Shown piece after piece: positions 24,059 to 34,429 of a stretch of 36,232 bases of DNA. Source of the stretch: Alphaproteobacteria bacterium (GTDB taxonomy: Bacteria; Pseudomonadota; Alphaproteobacteria; Rs-D84); contig JAIDLK010000012.1 in assembly GCA_029051085.1 (NCBI GenBank), positions 1-36,232 on the forward strand, read 5' to 3'. Under the pieces are notes generated by a model. The model searched no databases, was not told the DNA's origin, and was given only the letters and a program-made list of their open reading frames with translations. Position 1 is the stretch's first letter; the number at the start of each line of letters is the position of its first letter. The position numbers and the translations under genes are program-made.

Positions 24059-26041
24059 TTATTTATATTCCGCGCCGATAACGCTGTCGGCGGGCAATTC
24101 GATTATTTTATCGCCGTCGTCACCCCGGCCCAGTTCGGCCGCGCTGCACATCATGCCAAAGCTTTCCGTGCCGGCGACGGTGCGCTGGGATATCGGCTTT
24201 TTTGCGCCCGGCAATTTACATCCGACCGGCGCCAGTACCGATACCAGACCGGCGCGCGCGTTTGGCGCGGCACAGACTATTTGTAATTTTTCCGCGCCGT
24301 TATCCACTGTTAAAATCTGCAGGCCATCCCGCGCGGGGTGCGCCGCGGCCGCAATGATTTTTGCAACCATTGGTTTTGGTGCATCATCTTTTTTCGGTGC
24401 AAATTTTTCGGTTAATTCGGTAACACGCGCATCATCGATTCTTTCAAATAAATTCTGGGGCACGCGGAATGCATCACCGGATGCGATGCGCTGTTCAAAC
24501 TTTTCCGGCCATGACAGGTCATGCGGGGCGACAAACACCGCACGAATTTTTTCAGCCGCCGTCGGGATAAACGGGGCGGATACGCGTGCATACAAATCAA
24601 TTAGCTGAAAACAGTTGTTCAGAACCGCGCCCGCCGTCGACATATCGCCGTTTTTAACCAATGCCCACGGGGCTTTATCCGTCATATATTCATTACCGAT
24701 TGCATACAGCCCACGCAGCGCCACAATCGCCGCACGGAATTCACATGCATCCAATGCAGCGGTAAGCTCCGCTATCTTAACATCAACCGCCCCGGCCAGT
24801 TTTTCATCGAATTCGCCCGCCACCGGGATGACCGGTCCGAAATTTTTCTCGGTCAATTTGCATACACGCGATACAAAATTCCCCAGCATGCCGTTCAAAT
24901 CTTTGTTTACAATATCGGCAAAGCGTTCGATTGTGAAATCCGTGTCGTCTGTTTCCGGCGCGGATGCCAACAGTGCATATCTCCATGCGTCGGCGGGCGC
25001 AACATCAATCGCCGCATCCAGAAATATTCCGCGCTTTTCAGATTTTGAAAATTTACCGCCCTCAAAATTTAAGAAATTCATGGACTTTAACATATCCACT
25101 GTTTTCCAGCCGTCGTCCACGGCCAGCTGCTGTTCAGGGAAAAACACAGCATGGAATTTTACATTGTCCTTGCCCATAAACTGTGCGTAATACGTATCTT
25201 CGTTTTTCCACCAATCGGCCCAGTTTTCCCGCGCCGCCTGGGATATGGAGACATATCCCCAGGGCGCATCAAACCATACATAGAAAACCTTGTCCTGGTA
25301 CCCGGGTTTGTTTACAGAAATGCCCCATGGCAAATCACGCGTAATTGATGTATCAAACAGCTCATCCGATGCCCATCCGCGTGCAATCGCGCCCGCGGTC
25401 TTTGACCATTTCGGCGCATGCGCGGCCAGCCATTCACGCCACTGGTTCTGGACGCGGGATGCCAAAAAGAACAGATTCTTGGTCGGACGCATCTCAATTT
25501 TATCAGACCCAGAAATCGTGCTGCGCGGGTTTAATAGTTCGGTCGCCTCGTACGTGGCGCTGCACTTATCGCACTGGTCGCCGCGCGCTTTTTCATAGCC
25601 GCATTTGGGGCATGTGCCAACCAACTGCCGGTCGGCCAGAAACATATTGTCATCGACAGAAAACGGCTGGATTGTTTCGCGCTCTTCTATCAATCCTTGG
25701 GCATCCAGGCGCGAAAACAGGTCATGAATTAACTTTTCCTGTAATTCCGTATGGGTACGACCATACAAATCAAACGACAGGTTAAAATCGCGAACCGCAC
25801 GCAGGTGTTTTTCATAATACTTATTGTTATATTCGATTACCGGTACGCCCTCTTTCGCGGCACCGACCACGGCGGGGGTTCCATGCTCGTCCGCGCCACA
25901 GACATACAGTACATCGCGACCGCGCGCACGACAAAAACGCGCATACACATCACTGGGCAACCAACAGCCAACCAAGTGCCCCAGATGCAACTCACCGTTC
26001 ACATACGGCAATGCGGACGTAATAAGATATTTTTTAGCCAT
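24059..26041 (-). CDS. metG: Methionine-tRNA ligase with C-terminal tRNA-binding (Trbp111/EMAP-like) domain
   Basis: ITSALPYVNGELHLGHL (HIGH), zinc knuckle CPKCGY...CDKC, KFSKS (KMSKS), C-terminal ...VCAAPNARAGL. Start moved to the Met at 26041, which has a GGGGGA SD; the track start at 26086 lies inside the terminator. Confidence 0.93.
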   Translation of the reverse strand: MAKKYLITSALPYVNGELHLGHLVGCWLPSDVYARFCRARGRDVLYVCGADEHGTPAVVGAAKEGVPVIEYNNKYYEKHLRAVRDFNLSFDLYGRTHTELQEKLIHDLFSRLDAQGLIEERETIQPFSVDDNMFLADRQLVGTCPKCGYEKARGDQCDKCSATYEATELLNPRSTISGSDKIEMRPTKNLFFLASRVQNQWREWLAAHAPKWSKTAGAIARGWASDELFDTSITRDLPWGISVNKPGYQDKVFYVWFDAPWGYVSISQAARENWADWWKNEDTYYAQFMGKDNVKFHAVFFPEQQLAVDDGWKTVDMLKSMNFLNFEGGKFSKSEKRGIFLDAAIDVAPADAWRYALLASAPETDDTDFTIERFADIVNKDLNGMLGNFVSRVCKLTEKNFGPVIPVAGEFDEKLAGAVDVKIAELTAALDACEFRAAIVALRGLYAIGNEYMTDKAPWALVKNGDMSTAGAVLNNCFQLIDLYARVSAPFIPTAAEKIRAVFVAPHDLSWPEKFEQRIASGDAFRVPQNLFERIDDARVTELTEKFAPKKDDAPKPMVAKIIAAAAHPARDGLQILTVDNGAEKLQIVCAAPNARAGLVSVLAPVGCKLPGAKKPISQRTVAGTESFGMMCSAAELGRGDDGDKIIELPADSVIGAEYK

Positions 26042-26061
26042 ATCATTCCCCCGGTTTATAT

Positions 26062-26094
26062 AAAAACAGACGCCAATGGGCGTCACGTTTTTTT
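26062..26094 (-). terminator. Intrinsic terminator-like hairpin between tRNA-Val and the metG start
   Basis: GACGCC-aatg-GGCGTC (26069-26084) flanked by an A-run and a T-run. On the minus strand it is followed by TGTTTTTA, about 20 nt before the metG SD. Confidence 0.7.
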
Positions 26095-26097
26095 ATC

Positions 26098-26174
26098 TGG
26101 TGGGTGGTATTGGACTCGAACCAACGACCTTTACGATGTCAACGTAACGCTCTAACCAACTGAGCTAACCACCC
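26098..26174 (-). tRNA. tRNA-Val (anticodon GAC)
   Basis: The reverse complement folds as a cloverleaf: acceptor GGGTGGT/ACCACCC, D-arm GCTC..GAGC, anticodon stem TTACG/CGTAA with loop TTGACAT, T-arm GTTGG-TTCGAGT-CCAAT, encoded CCA. 77 nt. Confidence 0.93.
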
Positions 26175-26183
26175 GCGCCCCCG

Positions 26184-26211
26184 ATTATAGCAAAGAAAAA
26201 TAGGATTGCAA
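26184..26211 (-). promoter_or_regulatory. Sigma70 promoter for tRNA-Val (TTGCAA-N16-TATAAT with GC-rich discriminator)
   Basis: On the minus strand: TTGCAA (26206-26211), TATAAT (26184-26189), then CGGGGGCGC immediately before the mature tRNA 5' end. Confidence 0.65.
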
Positions 26212-26226
26212 TATTAAAATCACTAT

Positions 26227-26255
26227 TAAAAAACCGCCCATACGGGCGGTTTTTA
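26227..26255 (-). terminator. Intrinsic terminator after rpsO
   Basis: CCGCCC-atac-GGGCGG with flanking A and T runs, directly after the rpsO stop. Confidence 0.85.
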
Positions 26256-26528
26256 TTATTTACGCAGACCCAATTTCTTAATCAGTTCTTCGTATTTGGC
26301 CACATCGTTTTTCTTGATGTACGCCAACAATTTCTTGCGGCGGTTAACCATCAGCAACAGACCGCGTTTTGAATGCTGGTCCTTGTGGTTGGCCTTCATA
26401 TGTTCCGTCAAGTTGCGGATACGTTCAGTCAAGATTGCAACCTGAGCCTCAGCACTGCCGCCGTTGTCAGTGTTCGTAGTCTTGTATGATTTTACCAGTT
26501 CCGCTGTCTTTTCTTTTGTAATGGACAT
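26256..26528 (-). CDS. rpsO: 30S ribosomal protein S15
   Basis: Typical S15 sequence ([35 protein letters not shown]), 90 aa, downstream of truB. Confidence 0.95.
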   Translation of the reverse strand: MSITKEKTAELVKSYKTTNTDNGGSAEAQVAILTERIRNLTEHMKANHKDQHSKRGLLLMVNRRKKLLAYIKKNDVAKYEELIKKLGLRK

Positions 26529-26548
26529 TGTTTTTCCTTTTTTGTTTT

Positions 26549-27421
26549 TTAAATCGTTCTTTTGGGACGCAATACACCATCCGTCACATTTCCAACGCCG
26601 ATAAAATTATCACCGTTATACACGCGACGCAGGCCCATCGCCCCACCTGTTTCAATAAAGCCGCCATTTATATAAAAACGCGCGTCCTTATCATCCAGAC
26701 AACAGACCGGAATGTCCCCCAGCCCATAGTCCATCGGCATCAGATATTTTCCGATGTCGGCCCCATTATTAAACAGATTTTCCAAAAAATCAAGTGTAAC
26801 CGCGGATTTAAGGGTAAAACCGTTTGTTTCGGTCCGGCGTATCATGTCCACGGTTGCGATTCCACCCGCGGCGGCCGCGATATCACGCGCCAAACTCCGC
26901 ACATACGTACCGCGGCTGCAGCGTGTGCGAAAATGCCATGACGGGCCGTCACGACCGATAAATTCCAGTTCATAAATTGTCACAGGACGCGGCGGTATAT
27001 CAGGTACGGCGCCACGGCGCGCCAATTCATATGCACGGCGGCCGTCTATATGAACAGCGGAATATGCGGGCGGGATTTGCATTATATCGCCAACAAATTG
27101 TGCACATACCGCCGTTACGGACGTCACATCCGGAACAAAATCATCGCGGCGTATAACATTTCCGGTTATATCCAATGAATCTGTTTCAAAGCCGAACCGC
27201 ATGGAAAACAAGTATTCTTTGACGGGGCTGTGCGCGTCTTCGACAAACGGAATCATTTTGGTCGCATCACCCAGCGCAATTGGCAATACCCCGGATGCCA
27301 TCGGGTCCAATGTACCGATATGACCGAACTTTTTGGTGTCAAACATACGCGCAATGCGACCGCCCGCCGTACGTGAAAACAGCCCGGATGCTTTGTCCAA
27401 AATAATCCAGCCGTTTGCCAT
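26549..27421 (-). CDS. truB: tRNA pseudouridine-55 synthase TruB
   Basis: [10 protein letters not shown], catalytic-Asp motif [15 protein letters not shown], 290 aa, truB-rpsO synteny. Confidence 0.92.
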   Translation of the reverse strand: MANGWIILDKASGLFSRTAGGRIARMFDTKKFGHIGTLDPMASGVLPIALGDATKMIPFVEDAHSPVKEYLFSMRFGFETDSLDITGNVIRRDDFVPDVTSVTAVCAQFVGDIMQIPPAYSAVHIDGRRAYELARRGAVPDIPPRPVTIYELEFIGRDGPSWHFRTRCSRGTYVRSLARDIAAAAGGIATVDMIRRTETNGFTLKSAVTLDFLENLFNNGADIGKYLMPMDYGLGDIPVCCLDDKDARFYINGGFIETGGAMGLRRVYNGDNFIGVGNVTDGVLRPKRTI

Positions 27422-27423
27422 GT

Positions 27424-30000
27424 CTATCCAAATAAACTAAGTTGTGGGGCATCTGTTTTGGGTGCTGATACCCGCGTTGGACGCAAAGACGGCGCCACAG
27501 GCGGCGTTTCAGTCTGTTCGGCGGCGGATACCGATGCCGGGGCCTGTGATGCGGATACAGAGGCCGGCTGAAATCCATGCGCATCTTCCAGCGCGGCCAG
27601 AACCGCCCCGGCACGCGCAACAACGGATGCGGGCATCCCGGCCATACGTGCAACATGGATACCATAAGAACGACTGGCCACGCCGGGAATTATCTTATGC
27701 ATAAAGACAATTTCATTATTATGCTCGCGTACGTCAATGGTCAAACAGGATACATTCTGCAACGCACCCGATGTATCGGCCGACAACGCGGTTAATTCAT
27801 GATAATGCGTCGCAAACAATGCACGCGCACCCAAATCATTTAAATATTCCAAAACCGCCTGGGCAATCGCCATACCGTCGTATGTCGCGGTACCGCGCCC
27901 TATTTCATCAAAAATAATAAATGAACGGTTTGTTGCGCGCTGTAAAATATTTGCAGTTTCCGCCATCTCAACCATAAATGTCGACTGACCCGCGGCCAGA
28001 TTATCCGATGCGCCAACACGGCTGAACAACTGGTCACAGATACCGATTTGAGCACGCGTTGCAGGCACGAACGACCCCATGTGCGCCAATACGACCAATA
28101 AAGCATTCTGGCGCAGATATGTCGATTTACCGGCCATATTCGGACCGGTTAACAGCGAAATCGGACGGGCAGCCAAATTACAATCGTTTTTAACAAAATT
28201 ATCGGCCCGTGCACGCAGAACATGTTCTATGACCGGATGACGACCGCCGACAATATCAAAATCGGTCCCATCGGTAATCACAGGCCGTGTCCAATTATAC
28301 CGCCCGGCCACCGTTGCCAAAGAATACCAAACGTCGGCGTCGGCAATCAGCTCTGCCGCGGCAAGAAGCGAATCTGAGATTTCTCTGATTTTTTCAATGA
28401 AACCTTCCACTATTTCGGCCTCGATACCGGCAGAGCGGTCCGCCGCACTGCGAACATCGTTATCCAAATCTATTAGCCGCGCGGTTGTAAAGCGCATATT
28501 GCCCGCCATTGTCTGGCGATGAATAAACCCACTGTCGGGCTGCATCAAAGCATCGGCGCGAGTATTCGGCACCTCTATAAAATACCCAAGGATGTTGTTA
28601 TATTTGATTTTTAGTGTCGCCACCCCTGTTGTGGCGGCATATTCCGCCTGAAGTGCGGCAATCGTTTCCTTGGCCCCATGTGCCAGCCCGCGCATATTAT
28701 CCAGCGCCGGGTCAAATCCGTCACGAATTGTTCCGCCATCACGGAAAAATGTCGGCAGGCTGTCCGCCAATGCGGAACGCAAACGGCCGGCCAAAGTATC
28801 ATGTGTGTCAATTGCGGAAAACTGATCGGCCACCCCCCGGTCCAGGCGCATGCCCATCATTTTTACATTTGGTAATTCTATCATAAAATCCGATATATGA
28901 CGCAAATCACGCGGGCTGCCACGATTGGACAGCAGACGGGATAAGCTGCGCCCCACATCGGGAACGCCCCCCAATGCCGCCGCCAGCGCACCCATTATGT
29001 CAGGGTTTAGAATAAGATGACCGATGTGTTCTTGGCGCGTTAAAATTTCCCCCATATCGCCCGTCAGCGTACGCAAGTATCCACGCAGGCGACGCGCGCC
29101 GGCCGCTGTTTTGGTATTGTCCAGCACATCCAACAGGCATGTGCCACCGTCATTTATGGCGGAGTCTATTTCCAAGCTTTTCCATGTGGCGGAATCAATT
29201 AACAGCTGGGCCCCGGAATTAAACCGACGTGCGGCACGAAACGTTATATTCGCCCCACGCTGGGTATTAAACAGATAGCCCGCCAACAGTGCAATCGCAC
29301 TGTCACCGGTTGAAACAGAAACGCCATCCGGCACCGCACCGCCAAATACCCGTGATACAATTGTGTCAATGTCCGCACGCAGATACAGTTTTTCATACAC
29401 AGGCGTTGTTTTAAATATATCGCGCAAACGCATGATGATTTCTGTTTCCGCCGCCGCCGCGGGGTATATCAATTCAGCCGGCGCCACCCTAACCATATCA
29501 TCAATCGGATTTGCACTTTGGCCGATAAAGAATTCACCCGTGGATATATCACAACCGGCAACATGATAGACGTCACCCACAGGCATTATTGCCACAAGAA
29601 AATTTGAATTCTTTGGCGACAACAGATTTTCATCGGTAAGCGTACCGGGCGTCAAAACACGGACAACCTTGCGCTCTATAAACTTATGGCCGCGGGCCTT
29701 GGCCTGGGCGGGTGTTTCCATTTGCTCGACCAGCGCAACCTTATACCCTGAACGTACCAGACGCCCGAAATAATTGTCCGCCGCATGCCATGGAATACCA
29801 CACATCGGGATATTTTCACCCGACGCATCCGTACCGCGCTGTGTTAATACAAGGCTAAGCGCATCGCTTATCTGACGGGCGTCTTCGAAAAACGCCTCAT
29901 AAAAATCGCCCAGCCTAAACATTAGCAAGGCATCAGGATTCTCGGCCTTCATGTCAACATACTGTTGCATGACCGGGCTTAGTTTGTTTTTATCCGCCAC
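27424..30000 (-). CDS. mutS: DNA mismatch repair protein MutS
   Basis: N-terminal mismatch-binding motif (SPVMQQY...GDFYEAFFEDA), Walker A GPNMAGKSTY, STFMVEM, DEIGRGT, 858 aa. Confidence 0.95.
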   Translation of the reverse strand: MADKNKLSPVMQQYVDMKAENPDALLMFRLGDFYEAFFEDARQISDALSLVLTQRGTDASGENIPMCGIPWHAADNYFGRLVRSGYKVALVEQMETPAQAKARGHKFIERKVVRVLTPGTLTDENLLSPKNSNFLVAIMPVGDVYHVAGCDISTGEFFIGQSANPIDDMVRVAPAELIYPAAAAETEIIMRLRDIFKTTPVYEKLYLRADIDTIVSRVFGGAVPDGVSVSTGDSAIALLAGYLFNTQRGANITFRAARRFNSGAQLLIDSATWKSLEIDSAINDGGTCLLDVLDNTKTAAGARRLRGYLRTLTGDMGEILTRQEHIGHLILNPDIMGALAAALGGVPDVGRSLSRLLSNRGSPRDLRHISDFMIELPNVKMMGMRLDRGVADQFSAIDTHDTLAGRLRSALADSLPTFFRDGGTIRDGFDPALDNMRGLAHGAKETIAALQAEYAATTGVATLKIKYNNILGYFIEVPNTRADALMQPDSGFIHRQTMAGNMRFTTARLIDLDNDVRSAADRSAGIEAEIVEGFIEKIREISDSLLAAAELIADADVWYSLATVAGRYNWTRPVITDGTDFDIVGGRHPVIEHVLRARADNFVKNDCNLAARPISLLTGPNMAGKSTYLRQNALLVVLAHMGSFVPATRAQIGICDQLFSRVGASDNLAAGQSTFMVEMAETANILQRATNRSFIIFDEIGRGTATYDGMAIAQAVLEYLNDLGARALFATHYHELTALSADTSGALQNVSCLTIDVREHNNEIVFMHKIIPGVASRSYGIHVARMAGMPASVVARAGAVLAALEDAHGFQPASVSASQAPASVSAAEQTETPPVAPSLRPTRVSAPKTDAPQLSLFG

Positions 30001-30021
30001 TTTAATATCCGTTTGATAAAA

Positions 30022-30222
30022 TTACTGGTTTGAACTAACTTTCAGCGTTTCGATTTTCAGTTCCGCTTCTTTCAGCAGCTGTTCGCAATATGCTTTTAGC
30101 TTTATTCCCTGTTCATACGCATCAACAGATGCCGCCAGCGGCAATTCCCCGCTTTCCATTTTACGAACCAATTCCATTAGTTGCTTATACGCTTCCTCAA
30201 AGGATAATTTCTCGGATTCCAT
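30022..30222 (-). CDS. xseB: Exodeoxyribonuclease VII small subunit
   Basis: 66-aa helical protein with the XseB signature (FEEAYKQLMELVRKMESGELPL..SVDAYEQGIKL...C...L). Confidence 0.85.
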   Translation of the reverse strand: MESEKLSFEEAYKQLMELVRKMESGELPLAASVDAYEQGIKLKAYCEQLLKEAELKIETLKVSSNQ

Positions 30223-30304
30223 TATTCAAACACCTTTCTTTTCACGAATTTTACGATACAAGATAAAAAACCGAAAATCAATAAATATTGCCTGAAAACG
30301 ATAT

Positions 30305-30333
30305 ATAAAAAAACCGGCAAATGCCGGTTTTTA
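30305..30333 (-). terminator. Intrinsic terminator after gpsA
   Basis: CCGGC-aaat-GCCGG with A7 and T5 flanks, abutting the gpsA stop. Confidence 0.8.
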
Positions 30334-31194
30334 TCACAGATTCAACGTATTACTCATTTGTGCCAATACCGGCGTATCAATTCCCATATCTGCCGCGCGC
30401 GCCAATATGCCCGCCAAGGCGAACACCCCTTCTACAGTGCCTTCTATGGGGCGCCCATCGGCAATTGCCATTCCCGCCGCAAAGTTTCTGGATGTCGGCG
30501 ATGTTGCCGACAGAAACAAATCCCCTATGCCGCATAAATCCAAAAAAGTGCCCTCTTTTGCACCCAGCGCCATTGCAACTTTAACCACTTCGCCCCATGC
30601 ACGCGTGAAAATCAACGCACGTTCATTTTCACCACACTTAACACTTGTATATCCGCAAATAAGCGCAACCGCATTCTTGCCGACACCACACATTTCGGCC
30701 CCGATTATGTCGTCGCTTTCACTAATATACAACCGGTTCAATGCCGCCGCACCAATTTGTCGCGCCATTGGTGTCCCCGCCAATGTGGACCCTGTGGGAA
30801 CATTACACGCAACCTCGGACGCAAACTGAGGCCCAGACAGAACACCGTAATCATGACACTCCGACAGCTCTGTACGCAATATTTCAGACATAAAGCACCC
30901 TGTCGAATATTCGGCACCCTTGGTGCAGATTATTACAGGACACCCCTTGTAACATCCGCGGGCCGCGCGCACTGTCTCACGAAAATATGCGGCAGGCGTT
31001 ACAATCAACCATACATCCGCATTGCTTAAGTCGGCCATATTTTTCGTTAAACGGATACTTTCCGGCAGCTCTATGCCATCAAACACTTTCGCCGCACCGT
31101 CATAAGACCACAGTGCCACCTGTGCCCCGCCCCGGGCCGCTGTTATGGCAAGTGCCGTACCCCATGCGCCCGCGCCAATAACACCAACAATCAT
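30334..31194 (-). CDS. gpsA: NAD(P)H-dependent glycerol-3-phosphate dehydrogenase (short, 286 aa)
   Basis: Rossmann N-terminus VIGAGAWGTALA, GPQFASEVA, NRLYISESDDIIGAE.CG..KN, GRP.EGV. Confidence 0.88.
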   Translation of the reverse strand: MIVGVIGAGAWGTALAITAARGGAQVALWSYDGAAKVFDGIELPESIRLTKNMADLSNADVWLIVTPAAYFRETVRAARGCYKGCPVIICTKGAEYSTGCFMSEILRTELSECHDYGVLSGPQFASEVACNVPTGSTLAGTPMARQIGAAALNRLYISESDDIIGAEMCGVGKNAVALICGYTSVKCGENERALIFTRAWGEVVKVAMALGAKEGTFLDLCGIGDLFLSATSPTSRNFAAGMAIADGRPIEGTVEGVFALAGILARAADMGIDTPVLAQMSNTLNL

Positions 31195-32807
31195 TTCAAA
31201 TTCCTTATCTTCTTTTCCAATGCCGGGATAACTGTCAATCCGTCCTGGGCCAAATCAATCGCACGAGAATATGCATCACGCGCACGACGGCTGTCACCTT
31301 TGGCGGAATATAAATCCCCCAATTGTTCAAACAGTGACGAACAGCTATTCGATACCTCGCCTACACGCTCTATCAACTCCAGCGCGGCATCATCCCCCTC
31401 TCGTACAGCGACTACGCGCCCAAGCACGTCCCACGCCCCAACATCTGTCGGGTTCTGTCGAACCAGGCCCATCGCATATTCATATGCATTATCCAGCTCT
31501 CGCCGTTGCAAGGCCCATATTTTTGACTGCAACGCCAAAATCTCGCCATCAATCGGCAGCACGTCGGACGCAGCGCGAATGTCGCTTTGCGCAGCATCCA
31601 GGTCACCAAATGCAAAATTGATTTGCGCCCTGCTCTTTAAAAAGTATCCGCGCCCTTCCGGTGTGATATTATCATCGGCCAATGCACGCGCCACAACGCG
31701 CATTGCACCGCGCCTATCGCCATGTGATACATAATGCGCAATCAATCTGTTGGCGCCAGGAACAAATAAAGGCGAAACCTCCAGCGCGGCGGCCAAAGAA
31801 TCAAAATCCCCGGTCTTGTCCGCGATACGCAGAACACCGAACAGATAAAACGGACTGTCGGGAGAAATAGCATTGAAATGTTTTATATAATCACCGACAT
31901 TATTATGAAAATACTGGCCCAGGTAATAATTTATCGCATCATTATTCGACGCAAAATCAGAACCTGTTATCTGTGCAAATCGCAACAGCAACAGTGCCAA
32001 ATCGGAATACATCATTATCTGTGTATGCGAAACGCTTTGAAGCAAGCTGAACGCCAATGCATTCTTATTCCCTTCGTATACGGACCAATCCGGCACAGAA
32101 TCATACCCCAGCATATACATGCCGCCGGGTTTTGATGTAAACTCCTCGCGCAGTTTTGCCGCCGCCCCATTCAAATCATTGGCCCGATAAAACGACATTA
32201 CATATAAATAGTCGTTAATATTCATAAAATCCGGGGAAACCGCAGCAAACTCTTTTTCAGCCGCGGCAATATCGCCCTCTTGGGCATAAATCTGACCGCG
32301 GGCAAACGACTTCCACGATTCGTTTGTCGGCAATTTTGAAATGAATTTTATTGCATCAGAGCTGTGCTTTGTCGCTACAGACGACCATATGCGCAGCGGA
32401 GCCGACAATGCGGATGTATCTTTCTTGTGTCGCTTGTACAGCTCTTCCCACTGCCCCTGATCTACAAGATAGGCATCATAAATCAAGCGTGCAGCCGCAT
32501 TCTTTTCATCCCGCATCAGTTTTGCTTCACTTGGCAGACGACCGCTTAAAAACTCTGACAGCATACGCGTGTTGTAAACAACGGCGTATTCTATGTTATC
32601 CAGGTTGCGTCCAAATTCGGCGGCACGCTCAAAATCATTTACATAAATGGCATGCTGGGCCGCCAAAAATGCGCCGTATTTTGTCGTCGGATACTGATGC
32701 AAAACGCCGTTATCAGCCGGCGCAAAAGCACGCCATACAACAACACCCGACACAATCAGCGCAGCAATCAAACCCGCGCCAACAAATAAAGTTTCTGTTT
32801 TTCTCAT
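31191..32807 (-). CDS. Membrane-anchored tetratricopeptide-repeat protein (538 aa), function unknown
   Basis: N-terminal TM (FVGAGLIAALIVSGVVVW) followed by TPR-like helical repeats (A..Y..A..LD.., GD...A...Y..A). 4-nt overlap with gpsA. Confidence 0.7.
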   Translation of the reverse strand: MRKTETLFVGAGLIAALIVSGVVVWRAFAPADNGVLHQYPTTKYGAFLAAQHAIYVNDFERAAEFGRNLDNIEYAVVYNTRMLSEFLSGRLPSEAKLMRDEKNAAARLIYDAYLVDQGQWEELYKRHKKDTSALSAPLRIWSSVATKHSSDAIKFISKLPTNESWKSFARGQIYAQEGDIAAAEKEFAAVSPDFMNINDYLYVMSFYRANDLNGAAAKLREEFTSKPGGMYMLGYDSVPDWSVYEGNKNALAFSLLQSVSHTQIMMYSDLALLLLRFAQITGSDFASNNDAINYYLGQYFHNNVGDYIKHFNAISPDSPFYLFGVLRIADKTGDFDSLAAALEVSPLFVPGANRLIAHYVSHGDRRGAMRVVARALADDNITPEGRGYFLKSRAQINFAFGDLDAAQSDIRAASDVLPIDGEILALQSKIWALQRRELDNAYEYAMGLVRQNPTDVGAWDVLGRVVAVREGDDAALELIERVGEVSNSCSSLFEQLGDLYSAKGDSRRARDAYSRAIDLAQDGLTVIPALEKKIRNLK

Positions 32808-32834
32808 GGTATTATTTATGCTACAATATTCCTT

Positions 32835-33395
32835 ATGAATAATAAAGACAAATTTGAAACGTACGCCACCCTGCTGCGCGAGTGGTCAAAAAAAATGAAC
32901 CTGGTCGCGCCCAGCACGCTGGCCGACATTGAAAAACGACATTTCGCCGACAGCGCCCAGCTGGCCGATATCTTACCCGCCGGCGCAAGCATAATAGACT
33001 TGGGAAGCGGCGCCGGATTTCCCGGCGTAGTGTTGGCTATACTTGGTTTTAATGTCACATGCATTGAATCCATCGGCAAAAAAACCGCTTTTTTAAATAC
33101 GGTTAAGGAAACACTTGGCTTGGACAATCTGACCATTTATCACGGCCGAGTAGAAGATTTTATTAAAAAAACACCGGTAAATCCCGGAAACACAGTATTT
33201 ACCGCGCGCGCATTTGCACCCTTGATAAAGATTTTGGATTATGTGGCGCGTACAAAATGCCGGCTTTTTTTATTAAAAGGCCGGGAAATAGAAAGCGAGA
33301 TAGCAACTGCCAAAACAAAATATAAATTTGACTATAAACTTGTTCCATCAAAAACAGGTGACGGCAACATAATAATAATAGAAAAACACCGGTAA
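32835..33395 (+). CDS. rsmG: 16S rRNA (guanine527-N7)-methyltransferase RsmG (GidB)
   Basis: LLREWSKKMNLV, SAM-binding DLGSGAGFPGVVLAI, ARA.APL motif, 186 aa. Confidence 0.9.
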   Translation: MNNKDKFETYATLLREWSKKMNLVAPSTLADIEKRHFADSAQLADILPAGASIIDLGSGAGFPGVVLAILGFNVTCIESIGKKTAFLNTVKETLGLDNLTIYHGRVEDFIKKTPVNPGNTVFTARAFAPLIKILDYVARTKCRLFLLKGREIESEIATAKTKYKFDYKLVPSKTGDGNIIIIEKHR

Positions 33396-33417
33396 TTTCA
33401 TATGAAATTATTAACAA
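33393..33417. repeat. 25-bp direct repeat, copy 1 (TAATTTCATATGAAATTATTAACAA) with a 16-bp perfect palindrome; parS-like
   Basis: Identical to 34475-34499. The core AATTTCATATGAAATT is a perfect palindrome and matches the parS consensus TGTTTCACGTGAAACA at 10/16 positions, with symmetric substitutions. Confidence 0.9.
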
Positions 33418-33427
33418 TTCATTGAAA

Positions 33428-34402
33428 TCAGTACGGATATTCAAAAGTCTTTGGATTTAACATTTCGCCGGACGTCATATTAGTCTTTACTATGGAATCA
33501 ACCTTGTTTATAACACGGCGACGCGTTTCTTCGGTTGCTGAATTCCAAATATCAACACTGTTTTTTGCAAAAACAGTCCAAGGAGCCTTAACATCGTACG
33601 TCCACAAAACACCCCACTGATCGACCATCGGAATATAATTAAGAGCCGTCGGCATCAAATCACATTTATTATGAGGTTTATACTTTGGGCGTCTGACACC
33701 GCTTAATTCTTTCTTTATCTTGGTATGATAAAAACCCCGTTTGTGATCTCTTGCAAACTTATTAACCGCGCTTTCCAATACAATATCGGCAATAACAGGA
33801 TCACTGAAGTCAACCGGCACACCGTCACCATAACCAAAGTTCTTTTCTTTATGGCGCGCCATAATCAAGCTATCGGCACGCCACAGGAACGCGCGGTCCT
33901 GCGGATAACGTTCGCCATTTTCAATATGGTATTCCACCGCCTCAATTATTTCACCACCGGGTGCCATCGCCTCATTCATAACCGCCAAACGCGCCCTGTC
34001 CCATCTGGATAAATGATTTACATCCTGAACAATATGCGCCTTGCGCGCATGTTCCATTTCATGTCGCCGAACAGCCTCAATCGATTCGTTGGCAATATTA
34101 CAATAGTATTTTACGCGAGAATTGGCAGAGTCATCACACGCAAAATACGAAACACGCACCGTATTGGAACCAGGTACAAATTGACCAGCCGCAGAACGGG
34201 CATATTTCGCATCAAAATTTTCATTCGTAAAATATAAGGTGTCTATGACAAACTTTAAATCAGGCAACGGTTCAAAACGAATCGTTTTAGTGTTTTGTTG
34301 CGCTTCGACATCCGAGGCATTATTAAATACAGCACAACCAATAGATGCCGTCAAAGCGACACTTACCCCCGCAGATAAAGCAAGTACTTTCTTGAACTTC
34401 AC
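33428..34402 (-). CDS. Secreted or lipoprotein putative zinc metallopeptidase (HExxH motif HEMEH), family unrecognised
   Basis: Start set to the GTG at 34402 (GGAGGG SD 6 nt upstream); the track start at 34441 lies inside the promoter. Signal peptide VKFKKVLALSAGVSVALTASIGC. HEMEH at RRHEMEHARKAH. 324 aa. Confidence 0.7.
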   Translation of the reverse strand: MKFKKVLALSAGVSVALTASIGCAVFNNASDVEAQQNTKTIRFEPLPDLKFVIDTLYFTNENFDAKYARSAAGQFVPGSNTVRVSYFACDDSANSRVKYYCNIANESIEAVRRHEMEHARKAHIVQDVNHLSRWDRARLAVMNEAMAPGGEIIEAVEYHIENGERYPQDRAFLWRADSLIMARHKEKNFGYGDGVPVDFSDPVIADIVLESAVNKFARDHKRGFYHTKIKKELSGVRRPKYKPHNKCDLMPTALNYIPMVDQWGVLWTYDVKAPWTVFAKNSVDIWNSATEETRRRVINKVDSIVKTNMTSGEMLNPKTFEYPY

Positions 34403-34429
34403 AGTAAGCCCTCCATAAACATAGACAAT

